A DNA stretch of 64,000 nt from Mobula hypostoma. Taxonomy: Eukaryota. The notes below the pieces were generated by a model. It was given only the letters and a program-made list of their open reading frames with translations, was not told the origin of the DNA and searched no databases. How positions within the stretch are numbered: the stretch's first letter is position 1; each line of letters begins with the position of its first letter. Below are positions 59,581-64,000 of this stretch, one piece after another. Position numbers and translations under genes: made by a program. The stretch is taken from the NCBI RefSeq assembly GCF_963921235.1, contig NC_086108.1, positions 36,768,001 through 36,832,000 on the forward strand, read 5' to 3'.

Positions 59581-61290
59581 CGGGAGGAGCATATTTAAAA
59601 CTCACAGAGGATGTCTATTTTAAACATTATTTCTAAAACACAAACTATTTTTAAAACACAAAGCACAAAGAAGCTCCAGGACACAGGTACAATTCCAACA
59701 AACTAAAAAGATATACCAAAGATCTAGGCAAACAAATTGTCTGTCACAGAAATCAAATCCAGTGGAATGGATCTAGTTCACCCTGTGTTTCTTTGACATT
59801 TCTTGATGTTTCTTATCCCATTCCCAATAAGCCTGAATTGCTCTTTACACTGTTATGCCACTTGGGTGACTCGACACACATAGGATATTTCCTCAGATAC
59901 CCTTTTTACACAAGAGGTCTCAAAGCACCTTGGAGGTACAGTTCCACAATTAATGCTGTAAAACGAACTTCTCTGAGTACATAAACCTTCCAACATTAGT
60001 AGATTAGTTATCTGATGTGCTAAATGTTTGTTTCCATCTGGTCTGTAAACTTTCTTGAACAAAGTGACTTACTCAGCTATGTCTGTATTGAAATAAGCTA
60101 AATTAAACAACTCGTTGTGTTGCACTGCGTCTCTTGAGCAATAATAAACCAGATGCAATGATCTAGCATCTGCTTTCCACAGACAGAGCACCTTCAAAGC
60201 TGCTCTATAGACAGTGCTCGTTTTAGCTTCAAAATGATTGCTGCTTTCCATCTACGTATTAGAACTGAATACTGACTTCCATTTACAACCAGAAAATAAA
60301 AAAAGTTATTGGTTGGAACTTTACGTACTTCTGTTTAATCTTACAGTGGTAGCTGTTGTGTTTAGAAAGCAAGCTTAACAAAACATGAGGAGGACCTATG
60401 AAGTGAATATCTATCACAGCTATAGACAATTATCTTTACACAATGTTTTGACTCTCATGTTAGTCACTATCAACAAATATTCTCCATCCATCCATTCAAC
60501 ACATACAATCACTGTCAGTCACTAGTCCCGTCTTATCTCCCATGCAGGAGAAAGGAGGTGCATGTTCAGCATCAGAAGGAAGCAGAAGGTCGCTTTCTAG
60601 TTATCTCAGCTGCAAATGAAGTAACTCCAGAAGTAACTGGGTTGACAGAATGCATGTCCACCAGAGATGGAGAGATATAGAGCCAGTAACAGAATTTTAT
60701 CTTGTTCAGTCACATCACATACAAATTCACTGAGATAGGCTTGAAGTATTCTTTGAGCAAACAATAAAATATATAAAATGTAAGCACTGAATGTTCTTAT
60801 ACATGATAGTTCTGCTTTATGCCTTTTATTTTCAATGGGAATTCAATGTTTTCTGTGAATATTCAGCAGGAATGAGACTGCCTTATCCTCAGAAGTGGTT
60901 ATTCACTCTAAGAATGAATCATCTTGCCACACATTCAGATTCATTTCAATAAAGTGCCTCAGGAAAGATAGTTGCTTTCATCTTGAGACTAGCAGTTCAT
61001 GAAGGATCAAGAATCAATAACAGAGATGGAAAATGCAACAGAATTTAACAGCTAAAGTTGTGGAAAGGCTACATTCTGTTCGATTGCATGCAGATGTACC
61101 TGCTCCTGGGATAATGGCAAACAAGGTAATTCTGGAGTTGTTGCAACACATGGAGGTTGCAGAAGTACAGTTCCATCAGGAGTGCCATGATGGAAAGAGT
61201 GATCACCTTTGCAGAGCATTATCCAGGAAATCACATAAGCAGGCCCTCACCAGGGATTACTGTACATATCATCAAGACTGTAGGATTATA

Positions 61291-62025
61291 CAGTGGTGCT
61301 AGAAAGTTTGTGAACCCTGTAGAATTTTCTCTATTTCTGCATAAATATAACCGAAATTATGATCAGTTCTTCATACAAGTCCTAAAACTAGATAAACAGA
61401 ACCCAATTAAATAACACAAAAACATTATACCTGTTCATTTATTTATTGAGAAAAATGATCCAATATTACATGTATTTGTTGGAAAAAGTATGTGAATCTC
61501 TGGGGTAATGGCTTCTACAAAAACTATTTGGAGCCAGGAGTTCCAATCAGTGAGATGAGATTGAGAGTAGAGGTGTCCTGCCCTATAAAAAGACAAAGTC
61601 AGGCTACTGACAGAGTCTGCTCTTCTCAAGGATGATCTGTTTACGTGCACCGTGCCTCAATCAGAACCACTTTCAGAGGAGCTTAGAAGAAAAATTGTAG
61701 AGATGCATCAAACTGGAAAAGGCTACAGAAGCATTTGTAAATACCTGAGTGTCCATCAGTTCAAGGTAAGAGAATTTGTCTGCAAATGGAGGAACCTCAG
61801 TACTGTTGCTTCTCTCCCTAGGGGTGGGCATCCTGCAAAGATCACACCAAGAGCACAACGTGCACTGCTGAATGCAGTGAAAAAGAACCCAAGGATAACA
61901 GCAGAAGACCTGTAGAAATCTCTTGAACTTGCTAAAGTCTCTGTTCATGTGTCCGCTATAAGAAAAACTCAGGCCAAGAATGGTGTTCATGGAAGGAAAA
62001 CACAGAGGAAAGCACTGCTTTCAAA
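61291..62025 (+). mobile_element. Tc1-like family C, 5' half
   Basis: TA|CAGTGGTGCTAGAAAGTTTG terminus; ORF 61652..61915 has a paired-like HTH and GRPR-like RGGHPAKITPR; catalytic half absent. Confidence 0.88.
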
Positions 62026-62244
62026 ATAAGAGTAAAACTAGATGGTCCATTCATCATCATCCATTTCACACTACTGAATGGGTAACAGTAGTTTTCTCAC
62101 TGTAGTATTGCATTCTTGCCCATGTTAAATTAGAATATAGCATAAGTGACTAAGTATATTTCCTTCTTCCAATTCATAATTTAAATATAAAAACAAATGC
62201 AAATATTAAAAAAAACCTTCTCTTATATATTGGCTTTAAAATTA

Positions 62245-62731
62245 CGAGGGGTGATTGATAAGTTCGTGGCCTAAGGTAGAAGGAGTCAATTTTAGAAAAC
62301 CTAGCACATTTAATTTTCAACATTGTCCCCTCCTACATGTACACACTTAGTCCAGCGGTCATGGAGCATACAGATCCCTTCTTTGTAGAAGTGGTCCACA
62401 GCAGGGGTGATTTATAAGTTCGTGGCCTAAGGTAGAAGGAGATGAGTTATACCGCTCTCGTTACATGCATGTGCAGTTCAACTCTTTGAGTGAAAATACA
62501 GAAAGTTTGAAGTTAATAACTCATCTCCTTCTACCTTAGGCCACAAACTTATCAATCACCCCTGCTGTGGACCACTTTCTGGAGGTTCAAGATGCCGACT
62601 TCTACAAAGAAGGGATCCGTATGCTCCACGACCGCTGGACTAAGTGTGTAAATGTAGGAAAAATAAATGTGCTAAGCTTACTAAAACTGACTCCTTCTAC
62701 CTTAGGCCACAAAATTATCAATCACCCCTCG
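62245..62731. mobile_element. Mariner-derived fold-back MITE
   Basis: TA|CGAGGGGTGATTGATAAG ... TTATCAATCACCCCTCG|TA; ~200-bp inverted arms, each with an internal second TIR copy; the arm encodes mariner C-terminus FYKEGIRMLHDRWTKCVNVG. Confidence 0.9.
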
Positions 62732-64000
62732 TACTAAACATGCCAAAATCATGCGGACAAAACATTTTTAAGTGACGCCAATCCCTCTTGCCACACACAA
62801 CAATAATCTGTGGATTTATTCTATGTTTACTTGTCAATAAGTCAATAAAATATTACCTAGATACAGATAATTCCTTTCTAGTATTGGCCAGTTTCAGAAG
62901 ATTTACACTTGGAGCCAGAAGCTGGCGGAGATGTTTTGCTTTTTGAAATATGCCAAATAGTTGCCAAAAAAAAAACGGGAGCAGGTAGTTTTAGCTCTTT
63001 GTTTCTGCATGTGAAATATCATTAGGCAAAGGTGTTCAAACCATAATTGGCACCAGCTCCCTGCTAACTCCTAAATATAAACAGTGGGCTTTTTCTCAGT
63101 AGCATTAATTGATAGATAGAAAGAAAGGCCAACCGTTTGTATTTTGGAATTAGCAAGTGTCAATACCAGTTTGTTTTAAACCAAATCTTCCCAGTTCACC
63201 CTGAAGTTGCCTCCAGCTGGTCAAAATCCATACTTTGAGATTTAGTGACACAAACACCACTAAACCAAATATGAAAATAGGCAGTGAGTTATGAAGAGCT
63301 GTCCTTGCATTTTTCTCGGCATTGTACTCAGGAATAGCATTGGCTAATGTTTTAGATCATTTTCTCAGCTGGGAATTGAGGGAACTATACTAAAAAAAAC
63401 AAAGTCATAAATATTATTTCATGTCATCAGATATGTTTTGCTTTGACATTCATGATAAGTACTTCACTGTGCATCAAAGCACATCTTTCCCCACACCTTA
63501 TAATAATATGTAAACTCACCCGACCTGCATTATTTAGTGAGTCACTCATTCTGACATTCATTCACTCAGTCACTCACTCACACATTTAAGCTATCTGATT
63601 CTGAGACACTTCAGTCAATTCTGAGCTCTCTGCAGCAAAAGAGTGCAACATAAAATCTTCCTGTGCCTCTAAGATATGGGCATTGTTATGGAATGACATA
63701 CTGCCTAAGAGGATGCCCAGTATTTCTCAAAGCTTGCTGTAAAATATTACATTTAGTCTTACAGTCTCTGAATGGGTGTTGGTGTAAATTTTAAAATATA
63801 GGAAATGTTTTGGAATGACATTTATTCAACTGAGCTCTGCAATTTGGTGTGATTGGTCCAAAGAATATATTAGATATATTTTCATATTTGTAGATAATAA
63901 TATCCCTTGGATTTGACCAGTCACAATGAGTGCACCGTGGTGTGATTACCAGGTCTAAAAAAATATTTACATCCAAACTATTTTCTACGGTTGTAGTTTT

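Noticed and set aside
60069..60251. Minus-strand ORF ending at a GTAAGT donor
   Set aside because: No recognisable protein similarity and no convincing acceptor; insufficient support for an exon.
61033..61302. 89-aa ORF upstream of the Tc1 element
   Set aside because: No recognisable motif, and the length is compatible with chance.
63535..63585. TCAC/TCAT repeats with the palindrome AGTGAGTCACT
   Set aside because: Degenerate tetranucleotide microsatellite.
1..64000. Prokaryotic systems (CRISPR, retrons, operons), rRNA or tRNA genes
   Set aside because: No such signatures seen; all RTs belong to eukaryotic CR1, Rex1-like or Gypsy elements.

Overview
Eukaryotic, repeat-dominated DNA with no recognisable host protein-coding gene. 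The repeat content resembles a cartilaginous fish such as a ray; this is inferred from family resemblance, not from a database search. The window holds many CR1-clade LINEs, several nested up to three levels. It has two recognisable Ty3/Gypsy LTR retrotransposons: a decayed Sushi-like chromovirus at 556-4950 and a nearly intact 4.4-kb element at 35388-39786 with one nonsense codon. It also has an older Gypsy relic, Rex1/Babar-like LINE ends, three Tc1 families, a mariner fold-back MITE and a hAT MITE. Penelope-like (PLE) derivatives are common, and their terminal repeats carry minimal type-I hammerhead ribozyme motifs (AGUC-CUGAnGA-stem II-GAAAC-GUC/GACU). Highlights: (1) about nine hammerhead-like motifs in apparently three families, including a 98-bp insertion with a 14-bp TSD; (2) the young Gypsy has no tRNA-like PBS but a perfect 15-nt complement of its own LTR poly(A)-signal region, a YLDN RT motif and a ~113-bp flanking duplication; (3) repeated fold-back or templated-inversion junctions. 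AT-rich unique stretches may be intronic or regulatory but cannot be assigned from sequence alone.
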